NCBI GenBank assembly: GCA_043228905.1
Contig: JBHGNT010000011.1
Location: 6,386,001-6,450,000 of the forward strand
Source of the DNA: Azolla caroliniana
Taxonomy: Eukaryota; Plantae; Polypodiophyta
Reading direction: 5' to 3'
Length of the DNA stretch: 64,000 bases
Part shown: positions 31,468 through 44,900 of the stretch, piece after piece
How positions within the stretch are numbered: the first letter of the stretch is position 1
Layout: each line of letters begins with the position of its first letter
Position numbers and translations under genes: made by a program
The notes under the pieces: generated by a model
Told to the model about the DNA's origin: nothing
Seen by the model: the letters and a program-made list of their open reading frames with translations, nothing else
The model's database searches: none

Positions 31468-32239
31468 CGCCAAAGAAGCCCTAATTGAGTTGAGTTTGGC
31501 CCCTTTCATACTTTACTACATATGTACATACATACATACATACATACATACAATACTTGTTTGTGTCGCCCATCCCCATCCCATCCAATACACACACACA
31601 CACACACAAAACACAAACATCGGAACTCTCTCCTCCGTCGTCCTCTCTCGCGAAATATTTATTCGTGCGGCCACACGATTGAGAGATAGATAAATAGACT
31701 ATATTACTACCCTTCGGAGGTCGAATATGACCTATGAGACCAAAAATATTACATTTCACGCGATACGTGTGACAATGAGTAGCGACTCTCGATGTTCAAG
31801 AACTTTACCAATGAATGTTGCAATCGAGAGTGCACATTGTGGTTGTGAGAGAAATTCGTGCAAGGATTGGGCTCGGATCGAAGATGTGTGCAAAGCATCG
31901 TCGAATATGTGCAAAGCATTGTATCAAAGTTTGATACTCAGACTCTCGAACTTGTTTAGTGCAAAGTGGGTTGCATAGTTGACTACTCTCATCACTTGTG
32001 CCCCAATGCCCCATCTCACAATCGCAATGCGTGTGAGTTAAGTCGCATGGAAGCAATGGTTCGAATGGAAGCCAATAGAATGGGCTCTAACACGTATCGA
32101 TGTGTACAGTTTTCTCGTTCCACGAAGAATGTGGTTTTGTAGTTAGGTGCACCATGTGTAGTATAAATTATGTATGAAGCGTGAGCCTCCACATTTTCCC
32201 CATGTCATGATACATTAGCATTGCAAAAAGGCCTCATTT

Positions 32240-33850
32240 ACAGAGGCATCTAGTGATGCATCATGAAGCAAATGTGTTGGCATCCCATCTACTGAACCAG
32301 TTTTTCATATCTTGCATCCAACTGGAACACAAATTTTTTATTTTATGCATGTTTTGGATCTTTCTGCTTGCTTCCCATGCGATTCTAAGAAGTTGATGTG
32401 AGGGACTTTTTTGAACATTAAGCATGTATTCAACAACCCTTTCCATGGCCATGATCTCAATGGGAAGTGATCCCATCTCAAGGAGGAGGAGGAGGATGTA
32501 TGGTGTTTGTTTCTTAACTTGTAGAAACTTTGTAAGAAAATGATTTTCGACATTTTCAACCTCTTCCCAAGTAGATTTAGATATATTACCACCCCATACT
32601 TCCACCCCATAGAGAAGCACCAGTATCACCAAAGTGTTGAAAAGGTATTTCTTGAGGACCCAACACTTAATATCTCCACGATTGCATGTGTTCTCAAATG
32701 CATAATATGCTTGCTTTCCCGCCTCTAAGCACCATGTAGCACATTCATACCATCTATGATTTGAGGGAACTTCAAGGCCAAGATATTTTAAGCTTTCCAC
32801 ACATTCAAGTGGCTCATTAATGTACATAATGCATGGCTTATCTCTTTTTTGTCTCTTCACAAGCATAATCTTTGTTTTAGAGCTATTAACGTTTAATTTC
32901 GTATGCACGCAAATGTTTTCTGACGCCTTCATAAGGTTTTGCGCGTCTCCTAAAGTATTCGCAAAAAGCACTACATCATCCACATATAGCAAAAGCATAA
33001 TGACAACATTCCCAATTGCAACTTCTTCAACACCTTCTTCCTTTACAAACTTGGCAAGCATTTCTTCCAATTCATCAATGCATAGACCAAATAGAGTTGG
33101 TGAGATTGGGCATCCTTGCTTAACACCAATAGTGTTATTGAAAAAATCTGAAAGTCTATTGCTCATATGCACACAACATATAACCTTCTCATATATTCGT
33201 GAGATTGCAAGCATATATTCACTTGGCACCTTGAGTTCTTCCATTCACCTCCAAATATGTTCACGTGGTACCATATCAAAAGCTTTCTTAAAGTCTACGA
33301 TGCAACAATATAAACATTTACCTCCAAGGCGACTTTCATCCATTAATACTCAAAGGGTGACAAGGTGATCAATGGTGCTATGGTGTTTTCGAAAGCCAAC
33401 TTGTCCATAGGCTCTCTTACCATTTTTTTCAGCCCATGCACTTATATTTGATTCCATTATACATCCAAATAGTTTTGCCATTAGCGAACCAACCATGATG
33501 GCTCGATGGTTGTTTACGTTATTTACATCTCCACCTTTATGTAAAGGTTTGATCCAATTTGTAGTCCAATCATATGGCATACCATGTTGCACTGCATGAT
33601 TAAATATATCTCTTATCCATGCATGTGCTTCCTTTCCCGTCCATTTGAGCATTTCAGTCTTTATATATTGAAGATTGCTTATTGTTCGAGAGGCCAATTT
33701 CTCAAGTCATATGCGTATATCTTCGATTGTAAAGAAGGGAGACATATGTGAAAGAGAACCATAACACATCATCTTTCTGGCAAGAGATAACTCATATAGA
33801 TTCTTACAATGCATAGACAAGTCAAGAAGAGTTAAGTCACCATAACTCAT
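32240..33850 (-). mobile_element. Degenerate non-LTR retrotransposon (RTE-like LINE) reverse transcriptase
   Basis: Fragments IKPLHKGGD..NHRAIM, QVGFRKHHSTIDHL, GVKQGCPISPTLF, LLYVDDVVL and KYLG across broken ORFs. The 5' side is cut by the LTR at 33851. Confidence 0.85.
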
Positions 33851-34025
33851 TGTTGAGTGACAAGCTCAACATGACCGAATCAACTAAAGAAGTCGAGAGC
33901 CAGATCATACGAAGGCCCTATTAGAGGGCCTGTATAAAAAGTGCTTTGTGAGCACATTGTATGTACTGAGTTTATTTTTGTAATAATGTTTTTTGTGTTT
34001 GCTCACTCAGTCTCCCTCCCTCCCT

Positions 34026-34074
<49 letters not shown>

Positions 34075-34370
34075 TTACTCTGTGTTTACCTAGAACTGTT
34101 TGTTCTTTGTTGTCCAGTCGAGCCAGTTGTGTCTATTGTTCGTTAGCTTCCACACATAATCTTTTTCATGATATCAGAGCGCGAGGGTTAGAAGAATCCT
34201 CTACAGCCAACACGCGAACAAGCACAGAGACGAGCTCTTGTCTTCTAGAGAAGAAAAGACAAGAAGATGGATAGAGGCATGGGACACTCACTTCCAATGA
34301 AGAAGCTCGATAGAAGCAACTGCGCATCTTGGTCATACAAGATGCACTAGTACCTCGTTAGACAACTTAG
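33851..34370 (+). mobile_element. Truncated Ty1/Copia: 5' LTR (33851-34168), PBS and start of gag
   Basis: TGTTGAG...CA LTR related to the LTR of the 46829-51376 element. Mutated PBS tgatatcagagc at 34169. gag starts MDRGMGHSLPMKKLDRSNCASWSYKMH* at 34268. Confidence 0.8.
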
Positions 34371-34503
34371 TGTCAAGTTATGTGAGTGTAAAGTTTGAGA
34401 AGAAGAAGAAGAAAACAAAACTGTGAGATATCCCACATAGATAGGACAACATTAAGATTCAAGATTATATAAGTAGAGCCATATCTCTTTATATTTTATC
34501 TAT

Positions 34504-35327
34504 GTGTTAGGAGCACGTAAAGGTTGGGTTGTATAACTTGGATGAATGGATGCGGCCATGTTGTTTAAATTGGTTTTGGAGAACCAGAACGGACGGACGA
34601 CGATGGGACTGGAACGGACGGATGACAACAAAACTGGAACCGGATCGAATCGGTCGGGACGGATGCGACCGGAATGACGGATCGGTCGGGTCAATCGAAT
34701 AGGTTGATTGCAACGCACGATGTCTTGAAGATTTTTCGGTGTGAAACAAACAAAATTGTCTAACGGTTCCATCGGTTCATTGGAGGTCAACTAAAGGTGT
34801 AATATGCAGTTAAACATTTGTAAATACATTTTGTGTTTACGGGGGTGTAGGTAAGAATTTGAACCTTGCACCTCCTACAGAAGAGCCACATGACTTACCA
34901 CTTAGCTAAGTCATGACGTTAGAGTTATACTTTTATCATCATACTTTTCATATGGAAAATCTCATACATGAGAGCTTGGATGAGTGACATGGCAAACATG
35001 CATTGCATGCATTTCATGCGTTATGTGCATGTCTTGCACCCTCCCATGCATCATATGCATGGGGGGATCTATAAAAGAATGGAGGTCAAGTAAGATGGGG
35101 CTAATGAAGAAATTGGGGAAGAAATTATTAATAATAATAAAACAAGTTATCCTAATAGTGATGTATCTTGTCTCGCAAATCCAAAGTCAAGGGTTTAATC
35201 TCAATCTCTCTCTCTCCATATCAATCTCTCTCAATCTATCTTAAATCTTGTCTCACTAAAGCTAGTGCAAACTTCGAATCCTTCCGATCTAGGATCCCGG
35301 CGGTTCCGCCTCACGATCTGCACGTAG
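34504..35327 (+). repeat. Unclassified LTR-like repeat with antisense tRNA-like boxes, palindrome and TATA
   Basis: Starts TGTTAG. The minus strand has TAGCTAAGTGG...GGTTCAAATTC (34851-34908). It also has a CCCATGCAT-CAT-ATGCATGGG hairpin, TATAAAAG at ~35070 and a CT-rich tract. Confidence 0.4.
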
Positions 35328-36831
35328 TGTCATAACCAAAAGAAAAGATAGAGTGGTAGAAGAAAGATGTAAAGAGATCACGAGAAGAGAGGAATGAAGT
35401 GGTAAGAGAAGAATGAATGTATTAGTAAGATAGAATGAATATGGATACAAGAAAGGTGACGAAAGGTTAAGACTAGTGTTGATTTGAATTGGTTTGAGAA
35501 AAATTGTATGTCCATATTTATAGGTTCCTATAGAATAGCCTAGTGATTTCTATAATGTTCTAGAATGTTCTAGACCTAGAATATTCTAAGATGTTCTATG
35601 ATATTCTAGAATGTTCTAAAACATTTACAATAATCAATCTATTACAAGAAGTTATAATCATATGATATCCTAATAGTTAGGTTCTTGATTATGTATTACA
35701 AGGTCTTGGGTTCAAGCCCATGTGACGCCATGATGCTTATGTATTCATGACACTATCTCCACTTCGAGAACGACAATGTATGGCTCGGTTTGTTTGGATA
35801 ACAACGATGGAAGTCTTTGACAAGAGCTTGAGCATTAGAAACATTATTGACGGGTTCCCAAGTGCGATCACTCGGAGGATAGCCAACCCAATCAACCAAA
35901 TAATAGAGCTTATTCTGCACAATCTTCGAATCAAGAATAACAACTACCTCGTATTTAGGGCCGTCAACAAGTTGGACAAAGGGCGGAGGTGGCACGACAC
36001 AATTAGGAATAGAAGAGGTGCAACAAGGTTACAAAAGACAGTTATGAAAGACTGGGTGAAGCCGCATGTGTGCTAGAAGATTAAGACGAAAGGTGGCATC
36101 GTTAATATGCGCAGTGATGAGAAAAGAACCTAAGCGCTTGGTCAATGTGAGAAGATAACGCTAACTGGATTCGATGTAGTCGATGAAGATGATGCTCAGC
36201 ACTAGGGTTTCGTGCGACCTTGGGAAGATCCAAGATACACCATCGAGGATGGTTACCGGTGTAGGCAAAGAAAGGTGTAACCTTGGTAGAAGAGTGTACC
36301 GTGTTATTGTATGCAAACTCATCAAGATGTAGAATATTGCTCCAATCATCTTGTTGATAACTAATGAAGCATCGAAGATATTGCTTGAGCGTTTGATTTG
36401 TGCACTTTGTTTGTCTGTTGGTTTGTGGATGATATGCCGAAGAGAGTTTGCAGGAGATTTTGAGGCCTACCCATAGGTGCTTTCAAAAGTGAGAGATAAA
36501 TTGGGGACTACGATCAGTAATTATATCGTTTGGAAGACCATGATGGTGAAATACTTCACGCATAACGATATCTGCGGTTTTCTGACTATTGATACTCTTT
36601 ACACATGATAAAAATGTGCCATCTTGGTAAACTGATCCACTAATGTTAAAATGGTATCAAATCCTTTTGAAAGTGGCAGATCCATAATGAAATCCATAGA
36701 AATAGACTACCATGGCTTGGTTGGAGGCAGTAATGGTTAAACATGCCATAAGGATGATGCTTGGGTATTTTGGCTCGACAACAGGTGTCACATGTATGAA
36801 CATAATCTTCGACAAATTTTTGCAAAGGAGG

Positions 36832-36889
36832 TGTAAAGAATTAAGAGATGGATTCTTGTGAAGCGGAATAGGTGTGAACTGTATGTGTG

Positions 36890-36970
<81 letters not shown>

Positions 36971-39900
36971 CAAGGAGAGAAAGGCACAGAGTATATGCAA
37001 GTTAGATTATATTAACAAAAGAGAAAGACTCAACATAATACAAGGTGGGAGGAGGGTGCTTTATATAGTCACCCTCTCTCTTCATTAACTACAAGACTCA
37101 TGGAGCATGGAGAATGTGAAAGCTCATAAGTTATGTGTCATAGAATATGATTCTATAACTCATACTAAATGCTAGAATACAAAGAGGTGACATAATGGCG
37201 ACTCTTGACCGTTGGAGTGTCTATTCACTCTCAAGGTGAGTTCACACACTAGACCAAGTTGAGCTTGATTCTCAATACGCCCCCTCAAGCTCAAGTCGGG
37301 TCGGTTTCAGACGGTATCCGAAATCCGCTTTGACTCGCGTTACGGAGTCTGCGTCAACTCGCGTCGAATTGCATTTATGCGGAGTTGCGGAATCCGTGCT
37401 CCAGCTTGCGTTGTGCGTAGTTGTGAAGTTTGTGCTTCGTGCGGTAGATCGGCTCTTTGTGGCTTCGTTGCGTGGTTGCATAATCCACGCGTTCTTGCGT
37501 AGTGTGTGCGGCTTGCGGAATCCACGCGTTATTGCGTAATGTGCTCAGTACTCCCCCTCAAGCTTGGCAGGTCTGGGATCATCAATCCGAGATCGGTCAT
37601 GAATTGCCACAGCTTGTCGGCTCCTAAGGCTTTAGTGAAGATGTCGAGCATTTGAAGATTTGTGCTAATGTGTTGTAGGTCGACATCGCCAGCTAGAACG
37701 CGCTCTTGGATGAAGTGATAGTGCACTTCGATGTGCTTTGTCCGCATGTGGAAGACCGGGTTCCGAGCCAGATAGATACTGCTCATGTTGTCACAGTAAA
37801 GGGAAGTCAGATCCTTGATGGGTACGCCCAGATCCTTCAAAATTCTCTTGAGCCATACCGCTTCAGACGCAGCTATAGCTGCGCCCTTGTATTCCGCCTC
37901 CATACTTGAAAGAGCAACGGTAGGCTGCTTCTTGCTACTCCAGGATATTGCTCTGCTGCCGAGGGAGAAAACAAATCCGGAGGTTGATCTTCTATCGGCT
38001 TTGTAGCCGGCCCAATCAGCGTCTATGTACCCCTCGAGGCGTATTGGCATTGCGGTCTTCTAGAGGATGCCGCAATCCATTGTGCCACGCACGTATCGTA
38101 GAACTCGCTTAGCGCAATCCAAGTGAGTATCGCGCGGTGTTTGCATGAATTGACTAAGGAGACCGACTGGATAACTGAGATCGGGTCGTGTGATCGTGAG
38201 GTAGATCGATACTGAGTCGACTCACACGCTTTGGTGTCGGAGTTCGCATCTAGTTTGAGATTGCGATCGAGCGGGGTTGCCGCGGATTTGCACTCAACCA
38301 TCCCGAACTATATAACAAGTTGAGGATGTAGTGTCGTTGAGAGATCATGATTCCGGCCGGAGTCCGAATTACCTCGATGCCGAGGAAGTAGTGGAGTTCC
38401 TTCATGTTCGTCATCTCGAACTTGTCAGAAAGGAGGGATTTGACTTTATTGATTTCGACGAGATGCTCACCTCCAATGACTAGGTCATCCACATATAAAA
38501 TGATGACGATCGGACTTGCGGAATCGCTTCGTATGTAGAGGGAGTTGTCCGATTTTGACATACGGAAGCCGATTTGATGAAGATATTGTGTTATCTTCGA
38601 ATGCCAAGCACGCGGTGCTTGCTTGAGGCCGTAGAGTGGCTTCTTGAGTTGGCATACGGCTTTTGGATGAATGCGCGATTTGAAGCCGAGTGGTTGTATC
38701 ATGTACACCTCCTCTTCTAATTCGCCATGTAGAAAGGTGTTCTTGACGTCCATTTGATGGAGGTGCCACCCTTTCGCCGCGGCAAGCGCAATTACGGTCC
38801 GTACCGTTGTCATCTTTGGCACCGGGGCAAAGGTCTCCTCATAGTCAACTCTGTGCGTTTGGGCGTAGCCTTTCGCTATGAGTCGCGCTTTGTAGCGGTT
38901 GACGGAGTCGTCGGTATTGTACTTCACTTTGTAAATCCATCTGCATCCGATCACCTTTTTGTGTGGTGAGATGGGAACGAGATCCCACGTCTCGTTCTTG
39001 CGTAGTGCCTGCATCTCCTCGTTGATGGCTTCGATCCATTGCGCATCCTTGGCTGCTTCGGAGAATGTTTCTGGCTCGCGTACTGTCGCCACCTTCATCA
39101 TAAAGGCATAGTGATATGCCATGTAGTCATTGTAGCCGAATCGGCTAACTGGATTCTTTTCACGGGTGGAGCGACAAAGCTTTTCATTTGCAGAGATGAG
39201 GGATTTCTTAGCTCCGATTGGTACATCGAAGCCGCCAAACTCACTGTCGAGTGAGTGAGTCGACGCATCGTCGTCGAAGTGATCGTCTGCGTATTCCGCC
39301 ATTTTCTACTTGCCTTTGTCCATCTTCGGGCTAGGCCGTGATGTGCTTTGATCGCTCAAAGGCTCTTGTGGTCCGCTCAGTCGGGTCATAATCGGACTTT
39401 CTTCGAACATGCGCGTAAGGTGATCTTCATCCTCTATCTCTTGTTCGGTGGATTCCGGGTCGAGTAGAGTCGGAGTCAAAGTTGTCTCTGGTGCGTACCA
39501 GGATGCGGAGTCGTCAAAAACGACGTCTCGACTTACTCGAGATTTTCGAGTTGAGGGGTTGTAGCACTTGTACCCCTTTTACTCCAGTGAGTATCCTACA
39601 AGGATACATTTCTCCGACTTCGGGTCGAGGTTTTGACGCTTCTCGTCGGGGATGTGCACATACGCAATGGAGCTGAATATCCGAACATGTGATAGGTTCG
39701 GCTTCTTTCCGAAGAATCTTTTGTGTGGAGTGACCTTGTGCACACCAGATGTCGTGCAACAGTTCATTAGGTAGACGGCCGTATTTGCAGATTCGGCCCA
39801 ATAAGACTTGGGCATATGCTTCTCATTCATCATTGCCCGTGCTACTTCGAGGATGTGCCGATTTTTGCGCTTGGCTACACCGTTTTGTTGCGGAGTGTGT

Positions 39901-41575
39901 CGGCAAGTGAATTCTCGCCGAATTCCTTCCTTTCGGAGATACGCTGTGAAATCATCCGAGAAGTACTCCTTCCCGCCATCCGATCGAAGACAACGTACAT
40001 GTCGGCCCGTGGCTTTCTCGATTTCATTCTTGAAGTTTTGGAAGTGTCCGAACACTTCGCTCTTTTGCCGCATCGGATAGATCCAAGTGTGCCTAGAAAA
40101 GTCGTCGATGAAGAGCACGTAATATCGGCATCCGCCGAATGTCGCCGTTTGAGCCGGACCCCATACATCGGAATGAATTACGTCGAGTACGCCTTTGCTC
40201 ACATTCCGCTCCTTCGGAAATGGGTGTCGGTGTTGCTTGCCGAATTGGCACGCTTTGCATACACCTTCAATCTCCTTCTCTTTGAATGTCGGGAGTCCGA
40301 GGATGACTCCTTTCGATTTCATTGCTTTGAGTTTGTTGAGATTGATGTGGCCGATTTGTTTATGGCATAGCTCTATGTCAGAGTCGGCTTTTGTGCTTTT
40401 CGCGAACATGGCGGATTTCATCTCGTGCGAATCGAGAATAAACATCCGGCCCTCTCTTCTTCCGCGTGTGATGATTCGACCTTCTTTTTCGATGAAGCAC
40501 CCTTCTTGGTCAAATCATACTTGCATCCCTTGCTCAACCATTTGGCCAACCGAGACCAAATTCTTCGTGATGGTGGGAACATGCAAGACATGTTTAATGT
40601 ATGTTTGCTTACCTCTTTCGCCGAATGGAACATTGCCGATGTGCCAAATCGGGTGTGTAGTGTCATCTCCGGTTTCGACATAACTGGGTCGCTTCGTCTC
40701 TTGAAGTTCGAGAAACCATTCTTTATGGGATGTCATATGGTTTGAGGCTCCGGAGTCAACAAACCATACGTCCTCCGGATTGAGGGCACTAGGTGAGGTG
40801 GTTTTCTTCGACCAATAGCATTGATTGGAGCTCAAAGGACAGAGATTTCTCCTGTGCTAGAACGACGGTTCGCATCGCGCCGAACCGTGGTGCGAGGCTG
40901 TCGAGGCATATTTGAACCATCTCATCATCATCGATATTTACGCTTATTGAGCCGAGCGAATCGCAAAGCTCCTTGATCTTCGAGGTGTATGTCGTAATGG
41001 ACATGTCCCTTTGTTGAATGTTGTTCAACTCTTGGCGGAGTTGAAGCCTTCTTGTGGTTGTGTTCGCCGCGAAAATCTTTCGTAGATTTTCCCATGCCTC
41101 CTTCGGTGTCTTGGCTTCGCGAATGTAGCCGAGCATGTGATCGTGAACACATGTCGCCAAGCAATACATCACATAGCTTGCGGCTTGCTCCCATGTCGCG
41201 TATCCGGGAGCTGCTTCGGCGGGTCGGTCTTCATGCGTTCCTTTGATGTAGCTCCAATAGCCTTGTCCGACAAGGTATTGGTGCATCTTGTACTCCCAAG
41301 ATGCGAAGTTGTTTCGATCCAACTTCTCGGTAGGGAGAGCGCTCCCCATTTGAGTATTCATTATGTCGATTCTTCTTCTTCTTCTCTCTTTGAATGCGAG
41401 CTATGTAGTGAAGCTATGATAGCGATGAGCCGGTTCTTGGTCGTCGGCGTGGAGCACAACACACGATCACGATGAGGCGAATGGGCTAGATCGAGCTACC
41501 AAATCGCTCTGATACCATGTAAAGAATCAAGAGATGGATTCTTGTGAAGCGGAATAGGTGTGAACTGTATGTGTG

Positions 41576-41618
<43 letters not shown>

Positions 41619-41923
41619 AGGAGAGTAAGGCATAGAGTATACACAAGTTAGATTATATTAACAAAAGAGAAAGACTCAACATAATACAAGGTGGGAGGAG
41701 GGTGCTTTATATAGTCACCCTCTCTCTTCATTAACTACAAGACTCATGGAGCATGGAGAATGTGAAAGCTCATAAGTTATGTGTCATAGAATATGATTCT
41801 ATGACTCATACTAAATGCTAGAATACAAAGAGGTGACATAATGGTGACTCTTGACCGTTGGAGTGTCTATTCACTCTCAAGGTGAGTTCACACACTAGAC
41901 CAAGTTGAGCTTGATTCTCAACA
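36832..41923 (-). mobile_element. Element C: full-length Ty1/Copia, frameshifted; LTRs 36832-37277 and 41518-41923; TSD GGAGG
   Basis: Paired LTRs, PBS gctctgatacca at 41506-41517, and gag, protease (WFVDSGASNHM), integrase (HSDVWGP), RT (YVDD) and RNase H (DADWAG) in Copia order. GGAGG flanks at 36827-36831 and 41924-41928. Confidence 0.95.
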
Positions 41924-44900
41924 GGAGGCCACCAAAACGAATGCTTCACCAACTCCATAGTCTTGGCAATACCAAAATGTCCAGCCATAGGGGCATCATG
42001 ACAATGTTGTAATACTTGAAGGTGGGGTGATCTACCAAGGACGTAAAGGAGATTCTTGTAAAAGAGTACGCCATCTTGCCACTTGAAACCTGATAATGTT
42101 GAGATGAATCTTGCAATGTGGAGCACGATGCATGGCTTGGACTAATGTGGGCTGAGACATTATTAGCGAAATCATTAGAGTGAAGTTGTTGCCGAATAGT
42201 ATCAATAAGCCGTGAATCAAGCAACGTCGCATAAACTGTTGTTGCTTGTAGCTTTGATGATCCCAGTAGAATTTGCTTTTGGTTGTCGAAGGTCGGATCT
42301 CCAAGTCGAGGTGTGAGATATGAATGTCGAGATAGAGCATCTGGCTTCCCTTGTTGCTTCCTGGGGCGGAAAACGATCTTGAAATCAAAACGAGTTAGAA
42401 ACTGTGCTCACCGAGTTGTCTCCTATTTAACACTCGAGCCATTTGAAAATACGTAAGATTTTTTTGATCACTATAAATGATTATTTGATGAGGCGATCCT
42501 TCCAAGAAATGTCGCCATTGCTCAAAAGAGTCAACCACAACTAGTAACTCCTTGTCATGCACCTCATAGTTTATCTCCGCAGTAGTAAATTTTCTCGAGT
42601 GAAACGCGACTGGATGGGACTGCCCATCCTTGCATGGTTGGGATAGGATACTCCCCAATGCAAAGTCTGACGCATCCGCTTTAATGGAAAATGGCTTTTC
42701 AGGATCAATATGTGCTAATATAGGAGTTGATGTGAATGCCTCTTTGAGCTGAGTAAAGGCTATGTTCGCTTCAATAGTCCAAACAAACGCTTGATTCTTC
42801 TTGGTGAGTTGGGTGAGTGTCAAGAATAGTTCTAAAACAGAGAGAGAATTAGTATTGGAGAAGGGAAGTACTATTAGTACTAAGAGGACGAGACTGCATA
42901 AGACTCCCGAGAGAGAGGAAAGAGAAGAGGAGAGAGAGAGAGAGATAGTGAGGACGAGAAAGAAAGAGAGAGATGATGATAACAGATGATATATTATATG
43001 AAGAGTAAGTACAAGATGGCTATGAGGCTTAAGACTGGCGTTGAACTAATTTGGTTCAAAATAATGCCTAGTGCCTTCTTTTATAGTGTTCTTAGGAGAA
43101 ATCCTAAAGCTTCTAGAATGTTCTAGAGAAATTAGGAATATACATTAATTTCCTATCATAAAACTTAAATGAAAATAATATCCTACGTATTATAATAGAT
43201 GGTATAATGGTCAAGAGCTCGACCCATATAACATAAGGTCATGGGTGCGAGTCTTGCCATATCATGACACTATCCCTCCCCTTAAGACGACGAGTGTAAC
43301 GAGTCGGCGCTGATTGCAGACCGGGTTTATCTGGATACTTTCGGTGGAAATCAGCAAGAAGATCCTGAGCATTGGCGACATGCTCGACGAGTTCCCAAGT
43401 ACGTTCACTCGGACTATAGCCGAGCCAATCGACCAAATAATAAAGGTTGTTGCGAACAAGTTTGGAATCGAGGACGAAAACAACTTCATACTCTGGGCCG
43501 GTATCCAACTCAAGCGGTGGCGGCGGTGGTGTAACACGATTGGGAATAGTGTTTGCTTTATAAGGTTCAAGAAGAGAACTATGGAAAACCAGATGTATCT
43601 GTAGATGTGGAGGGAGATCAAGGCGGAACGTGACATCATTAACCTTACTAGTAATACGGAAAGGACCGAGTCGTCGATAATCCAACTTGTCGCACGGTCG
43701 AGTGGTCTTGATGTGATGACATAAGAGCCATACTCGATCTCCCATGGAAAAAGAGGAGGGAAGCCGATGACGATCCGCATAGTCTTCTGTGTGTGTTGAG
43801 CATGATGAAGATGAGTAGAGAGATCCAACTGGATCTTGCGTAACCTCTCCAAATGATCCTCGGCACGAGGATTGGTAGGTAGCTCCGGGGTGTCAATCAC
43901 CGACCAACGAGGATGAGAACCGGTATAAGCGTAAAATGGGGAGACCCGAGCCAAGGAGTGAACAACATTATTATACGCAAACTCCGCAAAGTGGAGAATA
44001 TTGGCCCAATCGTCCTGTTGATAACTCAGAAAACACCGGAGATATTGTTCCAGTGTTTGGTTTGTTCGTTCCGCCTGCCCATCGGTCTAGGGATGGTAGC
44101 CGGAGGAGAGGTTGCAAGAGACCTTGAGCATCTTGAAGAGATGCTGCCAAAATTTGGAAACGAATTGAGGGCCTCAGTCACTAATGATACTGTCTGGGAA
44201 ACCATGATGTCGAAATACCTCACGCATGACAAGGGCGGCGGTTTCCTCGCTAGTCATAGCCTTAGTACACGGCACAAAATGTGTCATCTTAGTATATCGA
44301 TTGACGATGGTTAAGATAGCATTGAACCCCTTTGAGACTGGCAGATCTGTGATAAAATCAAGACAAATAGACTACCACGGCTTACATGGAATCGGTAAGG
44401 GTTCCAACAAGCCATATGGATGGTGTCGTGGCATCTTTGCTCGACAGCAATCATCATAGGTCCGAACGTAGTCGTCGACAAAACTTCGCATATGGGGCCA
44501 CCAAAAAGATCGTTGAACTAGATCCAACGTCTTAGTACTACCGAAATGTCCCGTCGTATGGGTGCAAGATATGAACGCCATGATAGTGCATCTTCTTTTC
44601 CTTGCTGCTTCCCTGGTCGATATGTGATTTTGAAATCAAAACGCGTGAGGAATTGAGCCCACCGAGCTTGTCGTCGATTTAGCACACGAGCGTTCTGGAA
44701 ATAAGCAAGATTTTTGTGATCGCTGAAGACGATGGCCTGATGTGGAGAGCCCTCTAAGAAATGCCGCCATTGCACAAATGAATCTACGATGGTTAATAAC
44801 TCCTTGTCATGTATTTTGTAGTTGATTTCCGTGGCATCGAATTTGCGTGAATGGAATGCCACAGGATGTAACTCTTCTTTATCTCCTTGTTGAGAAAGGA

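Noticed and set aside
35290-35327. Helitron-like 3' end (GGCGG/CCGCC hairpin followed by GTAG)
   Set aside because: The terminus is not CTRR, no matching 5' end was found, and the site coincides with the insertion point of element A.
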